Shown: in pieces, positions 1 through 6,897 of the stretch
Layout: every line of letters starts with the position of its first letter
Position numbering within the stretch: position 1 is the first letter of the stretch
Origin: a virus
Lineage: Duplodnaviria; Caudoviricetes
Virus record (IMG/VR): IMGVR_UViG_3300046010_008761
Coordinates: 1-26,038 of that record
Reading direction: 5' to 3' (one strand)
DNA: 26,038 nucleotides
The notes under the pieces: model-generated
What the model was told of the DNA's origin: nothing
Seen by the model: only the letters and a program-made list of their open reading frames with translations
Database searches by the model: none
Made by a program: the position numbers and the translations under genes

Positions 1-627
1 CCACTTAATCCTGCTGATATTCCTGCTGTCAGTATTGGTGCTCGCTTCATTAGTAACTTTGTAGATACAGTGGATAAGATTGCTGGAGGCGGTTCTGTAA
101 CTACTAGCTTGCTGCAAGGCTTAGAGCATAACGGAATCAGCAGACCTCTTACTGGCTTGGCGCAAGTCCTAGAAGCTTTCGGCCCTACTGGTAAGAGTTA
201 TGCAACCAGCAGACAAGGTTCACTGATTGCTGCTAATGACCTTATGAGTATGGTGAATCTGACAAGGCTGGCAGGCGCTAAGCCAATGGATGAAGCTCTT
301 GCTCTTGATGCCAGTTATCGTAGTACTGTCTATAAGGCTAAACATGATGACCAGATGAAAGCATTGGGGTCAACTATTAAGAGTAAGGTAACTGGTAATC
401 AGGAGCTTACTGAGGATGACTTGCATAGCTTCCAACAAGAGTATATCAAACTAGGTGGTAAGCAGAATGGATGGAATAGATACTTTGCTAGATTACAAAA
501 GGATGCTAATGTTAGCGTAAGTAATAGGATAAGCAAGCTGATGAAATCACAGGATTCCATTCACATGCAGAATATGATGGGTGGGATACAGCTTAATGAT
601 TTCACTCAACCTGAGAGTGAAGAATAG
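1..627 (+). CDS. C-terminal part of a large virion protein (probably internal/ejected), truncated by the window edge
   Basis: Frame is open from base 1 (PLNPADIPAVSIGARF...) to TAG 625-627. Helical, Ala/Gln/Lys-rich sequence. Last gene of the + strand arm before a terminator. Function is inferred from position. Confidence 0.6.
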   Translation, partial: PLNPADIPAVSIGARFISNFVDTVDKIAGGGSVTTSLLQGLEHNGISRPLTGLAQVLEAFGPTGKSYATSRQGSLIAANDLMSMVNLTRLAGAKPMDEALALDASYRSTVYKAKHDDQMKALGSTIKSKVTGNQELTEDDLHSFQQEYIKLGGKQNGWNRYFARLQKDANVSVSNRISKLMKSQDSIHMQNMMGGIQLNDFTQPESEE

Positions 628-651
628 TAGCTGATACTAGATTGCTCTGAA

Positions 652-665
652 TGACAAGGATGTTG
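652..665 (+). promoter_or_regulatory. CsrA/RsmA-type GGA hairpin (copy 1)
   Basis: TGACAAGGATGTTG contains ACAAGGATGT, matching the core of the CsrA consensus RUACARGGAUGU. Lies between the stop codon and the terminator. Confidence 0.5.
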
Positions 666-669
666 CACT

Positions 670-705
670 GTCCTAGCTGGTATCAGTACTGGCTAGGACT
701 TTTTT
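670..705 (+). terminator. Rho-independent terminator of the structural arm
   Basis: GTCCTAGCTGGTA-TCAG-TACTGGCTAGGAC forms a 13-bp stem with two G-U pairs, followed by TTTTTT, at the convergent gene junction. Confidence 0.85.
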
Positions 706-723
706 ATGCTTGCTAAGATGCTA

Positions 724-954
724 TTAGTTAATAAATCTAGCTATTCTTTGCTCCAAGATAGCTAGATACTTGGTCATAATAGCCTGTTGTTGAAATAGTA
801 ATTCCTTATCGATATCTTGCAACACATGAAACTGATGCGTTGACGTAAAGAATGTAAGTTTTGTATGCCTATCATTCAGTTCTTTGTATTCTTCTACTAC
901 CCGCTGCTCATGAGGTTGTAGCAATTCAAAGCCTAATATTTTTAATTCTGCCAT
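724..954 (-). CDS. small helical phage protein, crAss001_48-related
   Basis: Pattern LQPHEQRVVEEYKELNDR..KL..F...LL..Q...M..Y..ILEQRIARF. RBS GGAG precedes ATG 954, so this start is preferred over 966. Confidence 0.7.
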   Translation of the reverse strand: MAELKILGFELLQPHEQRVVEEYKELNDRHTKLTFFTSTHQFHVLQDIDKELLFQQQAIMTKYLAILEQRIARFIN

Positions 955-977
955 AATATTCTCCAAGTTAATATTAA

Positions 978-1394
978 TTAATGCTTACTGCTAGTCACAA
1001 TCTCAACCTCCTTGTTACCTTCCTTCATATCAATGATATGCTGCACTAGCCCTTGCGCTGTCGGGATGGTATTAACACTGACAGCCATATTCTCCCTCTT
1101 ATTGACAAGTGCCCTGGTAGCTTGCTCAGCCATTTCGCCCACTTCATACATGCCATCTTGGGCAATACCGCAATAGCTGAATATGATGCCAAAGAAGGTA
1201 CTCATATCATAAGCATCAGATCTCAATCCTTCATTAAGAAGTTGCTGCAATTTGGGATGCTTAAGTGCTATCTCCATGTTAAGCTCAATAAGCTCCCTAG
1301 GAAGTAGCTGGTAATAGAGCTGATTTCCATCGCTGTCAAGTCCAGCGGGCCTACCATCAATATCATCTAACTTTTCTAACATTCTGTCATTCAT
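978..1394 (-). CDS. hypothetical protein
   Basis: 138 aa ORF overlapping the upstream stop (ATGAATGA), with an AGGAG RBS. Confidence 0.75.
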   Translation of the reverse strand: MNDRMLEKLDDIDGRPAGLDSDGNQLYYQLLPRELIELNMEIALKHPKLQQLLNEGLRSDAYDMSTFFGIIFSYCGIAQDGMYEVGEMAEQATRALVNKRENMAVSVNTIPTAQGLVQHIIDMKEGNKEVEIVTSSKH

Positions 1395-1992
1395 TTTGAT
1401 TCTCCTGCCTAATAATATATTCTGGGTGACCCAGTTGTGCTATCAAGTCAGCCATCATTTGGGGCCAATACTTATAGCGATGCTTATGGCGCTGATTATA
1501 GATATGCTGTAATACTTTATAATTAGTGCATACTACCCTCTCTTGCAGCCAACCCTCTGGCAGATTATCCTTAAGTACAGTGACGTCATGATAGGCTGGA
1601 TGGTCTGGATTGTGGTAATCAAGCAGTCTAGCATTGAATGTTACTATTGTTCCTGGATGGGTGTTAGGACTGAAGTCGTTAGTAGCTACTGCTCTCTTAC
1701 TGAGAGTGTGCATAGTACTGGCTGACTGCTTAGTAATACCAATTCTATAGGTGTCAAACTCTTGCCAGAAACCTCTGGTACCCTGTATGAATAACCATAC
1801 TTGGATGCTTTCCAAGAATTTAGATTCCCCTGAATTGCCTCCCATATGAGCCAGCTTCTCTGCTCTCTTAATAGCTTTAGGTAGCTGAACTTCCCACCAA
1901 GACTGTAGGTCATTACTATGATCGTAATAGCTGAGAGACATTCCTAATAGAGCTTGCTCCCAACCAGCCTCTTTAAGCTTAGTTAATATCAT
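1387..1992 (-). CDS. ThyX-like (flavin-dependent thymidylate synthase fold) protein with a non-canonical motif
   Basis: KFLESIQVW..I.GTRGFWQEFDTYRIGITKQSASTMH, LPEGWLQ...C.NYK.L..IY.QRHKHR. Next to dUTPase and DUF6378. Confidence 0.65.
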   Translation of the reverse strand: MILTKLKEAGWEQALLGMSLSYYDHSNDLQSWWEVQLPKAIKRAEKLAHMGGNSGESKFLESIQVWLFIQGTRGFWQEFDTYRIGITKQSASTMHTLSKRAVATNDFSPNTHPGTIVTFNARLLDYHNPDHPAYHDVTVLKDNLPEGWLQERVVCTNYKVLQHIYNQRHKHRYKYWPQMMADLIAQLGHPEYIIRQENQNE

Positions 1993-1995
1993 ACC

Positions 1996-2283
1996 CTATA
2001 ATCCCTCACCGTTAAGTTGCTTAACTATCAGTTCTGCATAGCCTGCAATGTCCCGCCATGAGTCATCATAATTTGGGTCACCATTAAGGATGCGACCTAT
2101 CTTGTGAGCTATCATTTCAAGTGCCTCTTTTTGGCTTGCCGATAGCAATGCCCAGTTAGTTTCAACTTCATCTACTGAATTATTCATAACTTCCTTCAAT
2201 GCTTGCGTAATAGCTGCATGACCATCAAAAGGCCCATAGCGATTACCACGTTCTTGCAAAGTTGCTTCAATATCATTGCTCAT
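1996..2283 (-). CDS. DUF6378-like protein (helical, putatively nucleotide-related)
   Basis: LQERGNRYG.F..HA...Q.LK...EALEMIAHKIGRILNGDPNYDDSWRDIAGYA signature. Confidence 0.8.
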   Translation of the reverse strand: MSNDIEATLQERGNRYGPFDGHAAITQALKEVMNNSVDEVETNWALLSASQKEALEMIAHKIGRILNGDPNYDDSWRDIAGYAELIVKQLNGEGL

Positions 2284-2286
2284 ATC

Positions 2287-2433
2287 CTATCCTCTTTGGT
2301 GCTTAATTGTTATTTTGCCCATTATCTCATCAATGCTAAATTGCCTGAGACAATCATGACACTCCATTATCTTCCTACTATAATATACTCTCCAAGCTGT
2401 GCTTCCACACGCTGGACATTTATGATAGCCCAT
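2287..2433 (-). CDS. 48 aa zinc-ribbon protein (not in ORF track)
   Basis: Manual translation MGYHKCPACGSTAWRVYYSRKIMECHDCLRQFSIDEIMGKITIKHQRG has CxxC-x15-CxxC. GAGG RBS. Fills the gap between dut and DUF6378. Confidence 0.75.
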   Translation of the reverse strand: MGYHKCPACGSTAWRVYYSRKIMECHDCLRQFSIDEIMGKITIKHQRG

Positions 2434-2448
2434 TAGTGCATACCTCTC

Positions 2449-2907
2449 TTACCTCTTACCAGTACTTCCGAAACCGCCAGTACCTCTATCAGTAGTCATG
2501 CTAAAGTTATCAACTTCGATAGCGGCAATTTGCACAGGGCTTATTACTGGTAATATAAACATTTGGGCAAACTTATCTCCAGGCTGGAAAGTAATAAGTC
2601 TATCCTCGCTATTAGCCAAGGCTCTTATCATCAACTCACCCTGATAATCTGAGTCAATGAATCCAAGAGTATTAGTAAGGCGGAAATCAGAACTTGATCT
2701 TGGGGCTAGAATAGTAATCAAACTGCTATCATTAGTCCATAAGTGCAGACCTGTTCTGATAACCGTAAGAACACTGTGATGTAGTGTTATTGGTCTCTCC
2801 TCTGCCACATACAGGTCAATACCTGCGCTGCCAGGAGTACTTGGCACTAGCCCTTTTTCATACAGTTCTAGCTCTTGTGCTATCCCAGTTCTTATGTATT
2901 GCATCAT
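2449..2907 (-). CDS. dut: trimeric dUTPase
   Basis: Motifs SAGIDL, PRSS, GFIDSDYQGE, GDKFAQ, RGTGGFGSTG. Confidence 0.95.
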   Translation of the reverse strand: MMQYIRTGIAQELELYEKGLVPSTPGSAGIDLYVAEERPITLHHSVLTVIRTGLHLWTNDSSLITILAPRSSSDFRLTNTLGFIDSDYQGELMIRALANSEDRLITFQPGDKFAQMFILPVISPVQIAAIEVDNFSMTTDRGTGGFGSTGKR

Positions 2908-3089
2908 TTTGATTGCTCCTGCTGACTCTCAGCACATTCTTTAAGTTTATCCATATCAGCATCAGCTACTGGATATGGTATCATGCCTGCCTCTTGTACC
3001 TGTTGGCAGAATTCATCAATAGCTTTATTCTCTTCCCATATACCTAAGAAGAACATTATAGCTTGTATTACTGCTCCTATCATATCCAC
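2904..3089 (-). CDS. small protein with a hydrophobic N-terminus
   Basis: 61 aa, GTG start 7 nt after TAGGAG, N-terminal hydrophobic stretch, overlaps the dut start. Confidence 0.65.
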   Translation of the reverse strand: MDMIGAVIQAIMFFLGIWEENKAIDEFCQQVQEAGMIPYPVADADMDKLKECAESQQEQSK

Positions 3090-3114
3090 ATTGTGACTCC
3101 TATTATTGTGATGG

Positions 3115-3128
3115 TGACATCCTTGTCA
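3115..3128 (-). promoter_or_regulatory. CsrA/RsmA-type GGA hairpin (copy 2)
   Basis: Minus strand TGAC-AAGGAT-GTCA, with two extra AGGA just upstream and the RBS just downstream. Confidence 0.55.
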
Positions 3129-3146
3129 TGGATTCCTAAATCCTGA

Positions 3147-3362
3147 CTATCCAGTAATACCAAATACCTTACTCAGTATCGGTATTGCATCCTTACCAAG
3201 TAAGGCTACTAACATCAGAGCAGTTCCCCACTTAGAGGCCCAAGCTCTTATAGCTTTAATTTCATCTAAGACTTCATCAAGTCTTTCCGCGATAGCATCA
3301 ACTCTTTTATCAAGAGAAGCATGTGCTACCTTTAGGTTAGTACATTCTTCTGGTGTTGGCAT
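3147..3362 (-). CDS. coiled-coil plus C-terminal TM protein (XhlA/holin-like architecture)
   Basis: Heptad stretch LDKRVDAIAERLDEVLDEIKAI followed by hydrophobic WGTALMLVALLG. AAGGAG RBS. Confidence 0.55.
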   Translation of the reverse strand: MPTPEECTNLKVAHASLDKRVDAIAERLDEVLDEIKAIRAWASKWGTALMLVALLGKDAIPILSKVFGITG

Positions 3363-3406
3363 AGTAATGGCTCCTTATGCTATTAGGCGTTTTTGTTTTT
3401 CGGTCA

Positions 3407-4987
3407 TCATCCGACCTTCTCTAGTGAAACACGCCCAAACTCAAAAGTCCCAGTAGCACCAGCCTTAAACACCACCCAGATATTGAGAGCGTTCATCAGC
3501 GTTTGCCAGTCGCCCCACAATATCGGCTTACTGACTAGGGTTAATTCAACATCATCTGTAATTGCATCAAATCCAGAGCCAGGATCAGCGCCTTGATTGT
3601 TTGCGTTCCAGTATGTTGACGAATTAAACAAACCGATTTGAACAGCTCTTAAATTAGCCGCGCCGGTGCGTTTGCATGACATACTGAAACGCACAATATC
3701 ACCATTAACGAAAGCTGCTTTATCGATTGTTGGCCTGATAAATATGCGGTCGTTGTCGTTAGTAGTGCCACCAATCAATGCCACAATATTTTGCCCGTAA
3801 CCATCTGAGCGATTAGCAACCGAAAACGTGACTGTTCCCGTGCCTGCTCTTGTATCCCATCCTGCCGAGCAGTTTGTAGGGATATTGCCTGAAACGCCTG
3901 TGCCTGATGCCGCCTGAGTGCCCAGCATCAATGGATTTCTTACTGCTTGTTTGCTGGCGTTGTCGTAGTTATAAGACAAATTGCCATCAGTAATAAGAGG
4001 AGAAGCAACAGGATACTGGCTAGAAAACGTGGCAAGCAGCAGCTTGTAAATCTGGTGCATACCGTTGGAGTTTGGATGAATACCTGTCGCATCACTCCAA
4101 TAGCTTGTCACGCCATTTCCAGTGCTTTTGTTTGTTAATGCCGCATTGGCCGGGATTAAAACAAAATTTGGATAAATATCAGCCAATCGACGAATAGCTT
4201 GATTGATTCTAAGAATTTGTTTTTTCTTGGCTAAACTGTAGCTTGAGCCAGTTTCAAGGATAGGCGTTATTTCAGCACGCCAGTATTTGATGCCGTTGCT
4301 CGCTGCAAGGTCAGCCATGGCTGTTATATTTGCAATGGTATCGGCCTCGGCTACGGTGCCAGAATTAACGTCATTGATCCCGCAGTTGTCATAGATAACA
4401 GCCGGATTTAACGACAGTACATGCTCTGAAAAATTAGCTAACGTTTCGGCGCTGGTGGTGCCTGATACTGCACGATTTCTAATGTCGTAGTAGTTACCAA
4501 TAGCCGCATTAAAATTATGTAAAAAAGCCCTTTGATTTGTGAAGTTATCAACTAACACATTGATAGCCATGCCCGCTTTTGCGGTCGGGCTTGCGGTTAA
4601 TGTCATGCTGTTAATAAATGTGATCGTGCTGGTTGCTGAATCATACGTTGCAACTATTTTTTCACCGTTCCACTCCTCTTGAGCAACACCTGATATAAAA
4701 ATGGTTTGTCCTGGTACTGTGTTACCGCCAAACGTGCCAATTGTGCCTATATTGCCGGAGCCTGATAGCGTGACTGCTGAATCAATATAGTTTTGACCGG
4801 CATTAATGCTGTCGCCGATTACGACCAAAACAGGTTTATTTAAAAATTCACCAGACCAACTACTAGTGTTACTAATATTACTACCGCTATCCCATAGCAA
4901 ATCACCATTGCTATTCTTACATAACCCTACACCACTTGGTCTGTCACCAGCGTAAGGTAAATCACTTGGTCTTATTCTATCACTCAT
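3407..4987 (-). CDS. SGNH/GDSL esterase with a C-terminal beta-sandwich (tailspike-like or polysaccharide deacetylase)
   Basis: SGNH blocks VIGDS, AVSG, CGINDV, DATGIHPN. Gly/Thr/Asn-rich beta C-terminus. AGGAG RBS. Confidence 0.8.
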   Translation of the reverse strand: MSDRIRPSDLPYAGDRPSGVGLCKNSNGDLLWDSGSNISNTSSWSGEFLNKPVLVVIGDSINAGQNYIDSAVTLSGSGNIGTIGTFGGNTVPGQTIFISGVAQEEWNGEKIVATYDSATSTITFINSMTLTASPTAKAGMAINVLVDNFTNQRAFLHNFNAAIGNYYDIRNRAVSGTTSAETLANFSEHVLSLNPAVIYDNCGINDVNSGTVAEADTIANITAMADLAASNGIKYWRAEITPILETGSSYSLAKKKQILRINQAIRRLADIYPNFVLIPANAALTNKSTGNGVTSYWSDATGIHPNSNGMHQIYKLLLATFSSQYPVASPLITDGNLSYNYDNASKQAVRNPLMLGTQAASGTGVSGNIPTNCSAGWDTRAGTGTVTFSVANRSDGYGQNIVALIGGTTNDNDRIFIRPTIDKAAFVNGDIVRFSMSCKRTGAANLRAVQIGLFNSSTYWNANNQGADPGSGFDAITDDVELTLVSKPILWGDWQTLMNALNIWVVFKAGATGTFEFGRVSLEKVG

Positions 4988-5022
4988 AATATGTTACTCC
5001 TGGGCAATGCCCTTAATAGGAA

Positions 5023-6342
5023 TTAAGAAAGTTTTGTTTCTTCTGCTGCTAACCATGATGGTTTAATCAATGCTGTATCAGCTATTGCTCTAGCAGCGTG
5101 TACTGCCAAGAAGCCATTACCCTTAGCTGTTTTAACTGCCTGAATCTTATTAGTAGCTTGTAACTCTGCTACCAAGTTAGGAACATCAGAGAGCTTATCA
5201 ACATCAGTATGTATTAGCTTCATGATTTCTGCCATTGTTACTGGTTCATCTGCTGCATTAATGGCAGCTAAGATTTTGTGAGTTATTGCTGAGTTTCTTC
5301 CCTTACCAAAGTGGCCCATAGCTTTAGGCATTTGGTACTCAGCGAAGGTCAGTAGCGTGTTAGCCATAAGAACATCACAAGAATGAATCTCTCTTGATAA
5401 CCTGGCTGCTGCACATACTAATGATAGTTTTAATAAGTGAGTTAATCTTCGACCTGAGTAATGCTCAAATCTAGTATCCTCTAATGGTTTCCAGCTATGA
5501 TAGAGCTTTTCTACTAACTGCTCTGCTTGCTCTGTATGTTTTGCTGCACCAATACAAGTGCTCTTGATTTTATGCATCATTGCTACTATTGCTTCCACAT
5601 CCGTATTACTAGGAGCTTTAGGAATAGTAATCTTGCGACCAGTAGGTTCCGCATGAATAAGAAGTAATCGGCTAAAGAATCCCTGACCTTGTATGTCAGG
5701 CGGGAAAGCCTGATTGAAACCTTCATGGGTATTACCAGCAATAATATTAATGGTAGGGTTGTTGATATAGACTGCTTTAGAATGTTTCAGTTTCCTGTCA
5801 TACACCCCAGCATAGTCCCAGAGTGTACCTAATAAGCTGATGAAGTCTACGTTATTACGGCCGATGAAGTCTACAAACTCATCGCTAGCAATATACATTT
5901 CAGCTATATCTAATAGCTCTGCTGCTTCCTTAGGATTATCTGAACCGAATATGCTAGACTCAAATGACTGTTCTGGACTGGTATCAGTTTCACCATTCTC
6001 AGTACCCCATGTAAGTTCATGTAGTTCCATTAAGAATTTCTCTAAGCTAATCTTTTCAGGTGCAAAGCTACCATAACCATAACGCTTAAGAAGCTTTTTA
6101 GATTGCTTAATAGCGGTTGATTTCCTAGTAGCTGGCACTCCTATTATTTGGATAAAGCTATTGGGTAATAGCTCTCCATCACCAAAAGGGAAAACGAATT
6201 GTCTCCCTAACATTGCACCTAATACTGATATTGCGCACCAGCGGTGTACTGTTAGAGAGGCTTCTGTATTGTGAGGATATCCACAATATTTAAAGTAGAG
6301 TGTAAAGAATGATTCTTCTGGGTAGGTATTAATATCAAGCAT
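5023..6342 (-). CDS. DUF3987/YfjI-like AAA+ ATPase, putative replicative helicase
   Basis: Walker A-like GVPATRKST, Walker B-like IASDEF, GFFSRLL arginine-finger-like motif, C-terminal winged-helix-like segment. Downstream of the polymerase. Confidence 0.7.
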   Translation of the reverse strand: MLDINTYPEESFFTLYFKYCGYPHNTEASLTVHRWCAISVLGAMLGRQFVFPFGDGELLPNSFIQIIGVPATRKSTAIKQSKKLLKRYGYGSFAPEKISLEKFLMELHELTWGTENGETDTSPEQSFESSIFGSDNPKEAAELLDIAEMYIASDEFVDFIGRNNVDFISLLGTLWDYAGVYDRKLKHSKAVYINNPTINIIAGNTHEGFNQAFPPDIQGQGFFSRLLLIHAEPTGRKITIPKAPSNTDVEAIVAMMHKIKSTCIGAAKHTEQAEQLVEKLYHSWKPLEDTRFEHYSGRRLTHLLKLSLVCAAARLSREIHSCDVLMANTLLTFAEYQMPKAMGHFGKGRNSAITHKILAAINAADEPVTMAEIMKLIHTDVDKLSDVPNLVAELQATNKIQAVKTAKGNGFLAVHAARAIADTALIKPSWLAAEETKLS

Positions 6343-6841
6343 GACATGCGAACTCCCCGAACACTTTATTTCTTAGCTCAGTAGCTTTATTTATTGCATC
6401 CTCTTTGTTACTAAATCTACCACCATCGTATCTCTTACCTTTACATGTTACTAATACACGCCAATAGCCTTTATCAAAAGATACGTTTTTACTTCCGTGT
6501 GTATTATTTTTCTGCAAAGATTTATTAGCTTGATTTTGTGTTCTTGTAGCTAATCTTAGATTTGACCAACGATTATCTTTTCTATCCCTATTAACATGGT
6601 CAACCTCAAAAGATTCATCTGGATACTTACCTGTCATTAGTATTACAGCTATAATGTGTGCTCTAAAATAGCTACCTCTGGTTTTAGCAGTAATGTAACC
6701 ATCGTGCACACTGGTAATTAGTGTGCCTTTTATGAATTCAGCACCATTGAAATACCTATAATACATGTTGCCACAGTCTGGCTCGTATAAAAATAGGTTA
6801 TTCCAGTCCACTATAGATAGTACTTTGTATTTTTCATACAT
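6335..6841 (-). CDS. HNH homing endonuclease with AP2-like domain
   Basis: EVDHVNRDRKDNRWSNLRLATRTQNQAN; C-terminal GRF...EDA...A...R...FGEFA. Confidence 0.92.
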   Translation of the reverse strand: MYEKYKVLSIVDWNNLFLYEPDCGNMYYRYFNGAEFIKGTLITSVHDGYITAKTRGSYFRAHIIAVILMTGKYPDESFEVDHVNRDRKDNRWSNLRLATRTQNQANKSLQKNNTHGSKNVSFDKGYWRVLVTCKGKRYDGGRFSNKEDAINKATELRNKVFGEFACHA

Positions 6842-6897
6842 AATATCTGCCTTGTTAGGCTGGTTAGGTTATTGGGTTAGGCAGCACTAGCTTGGAA

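Noticed and set aside
1053-1725. + strand ORFs 1053-1307 and 1543-1725, and alternative-frame ORF 1686-1913
   Set aside because: Shadows of well-supported - strand genes, with no motifs.
1996-2283. DUF6378 plus PolA as a sign of a 2-aminoadenine (dZ) or 7-deazaguanine system
   Set aside because: No PurZ, DatZ, MazZ, DpdA or Que/FolE genes are recognisable in the window.
6335-6897. Group I intron around the HNH next to polA
   Set aside because: polA is intact with all motifs, and the 56-nt spacer is too short for an intron core.
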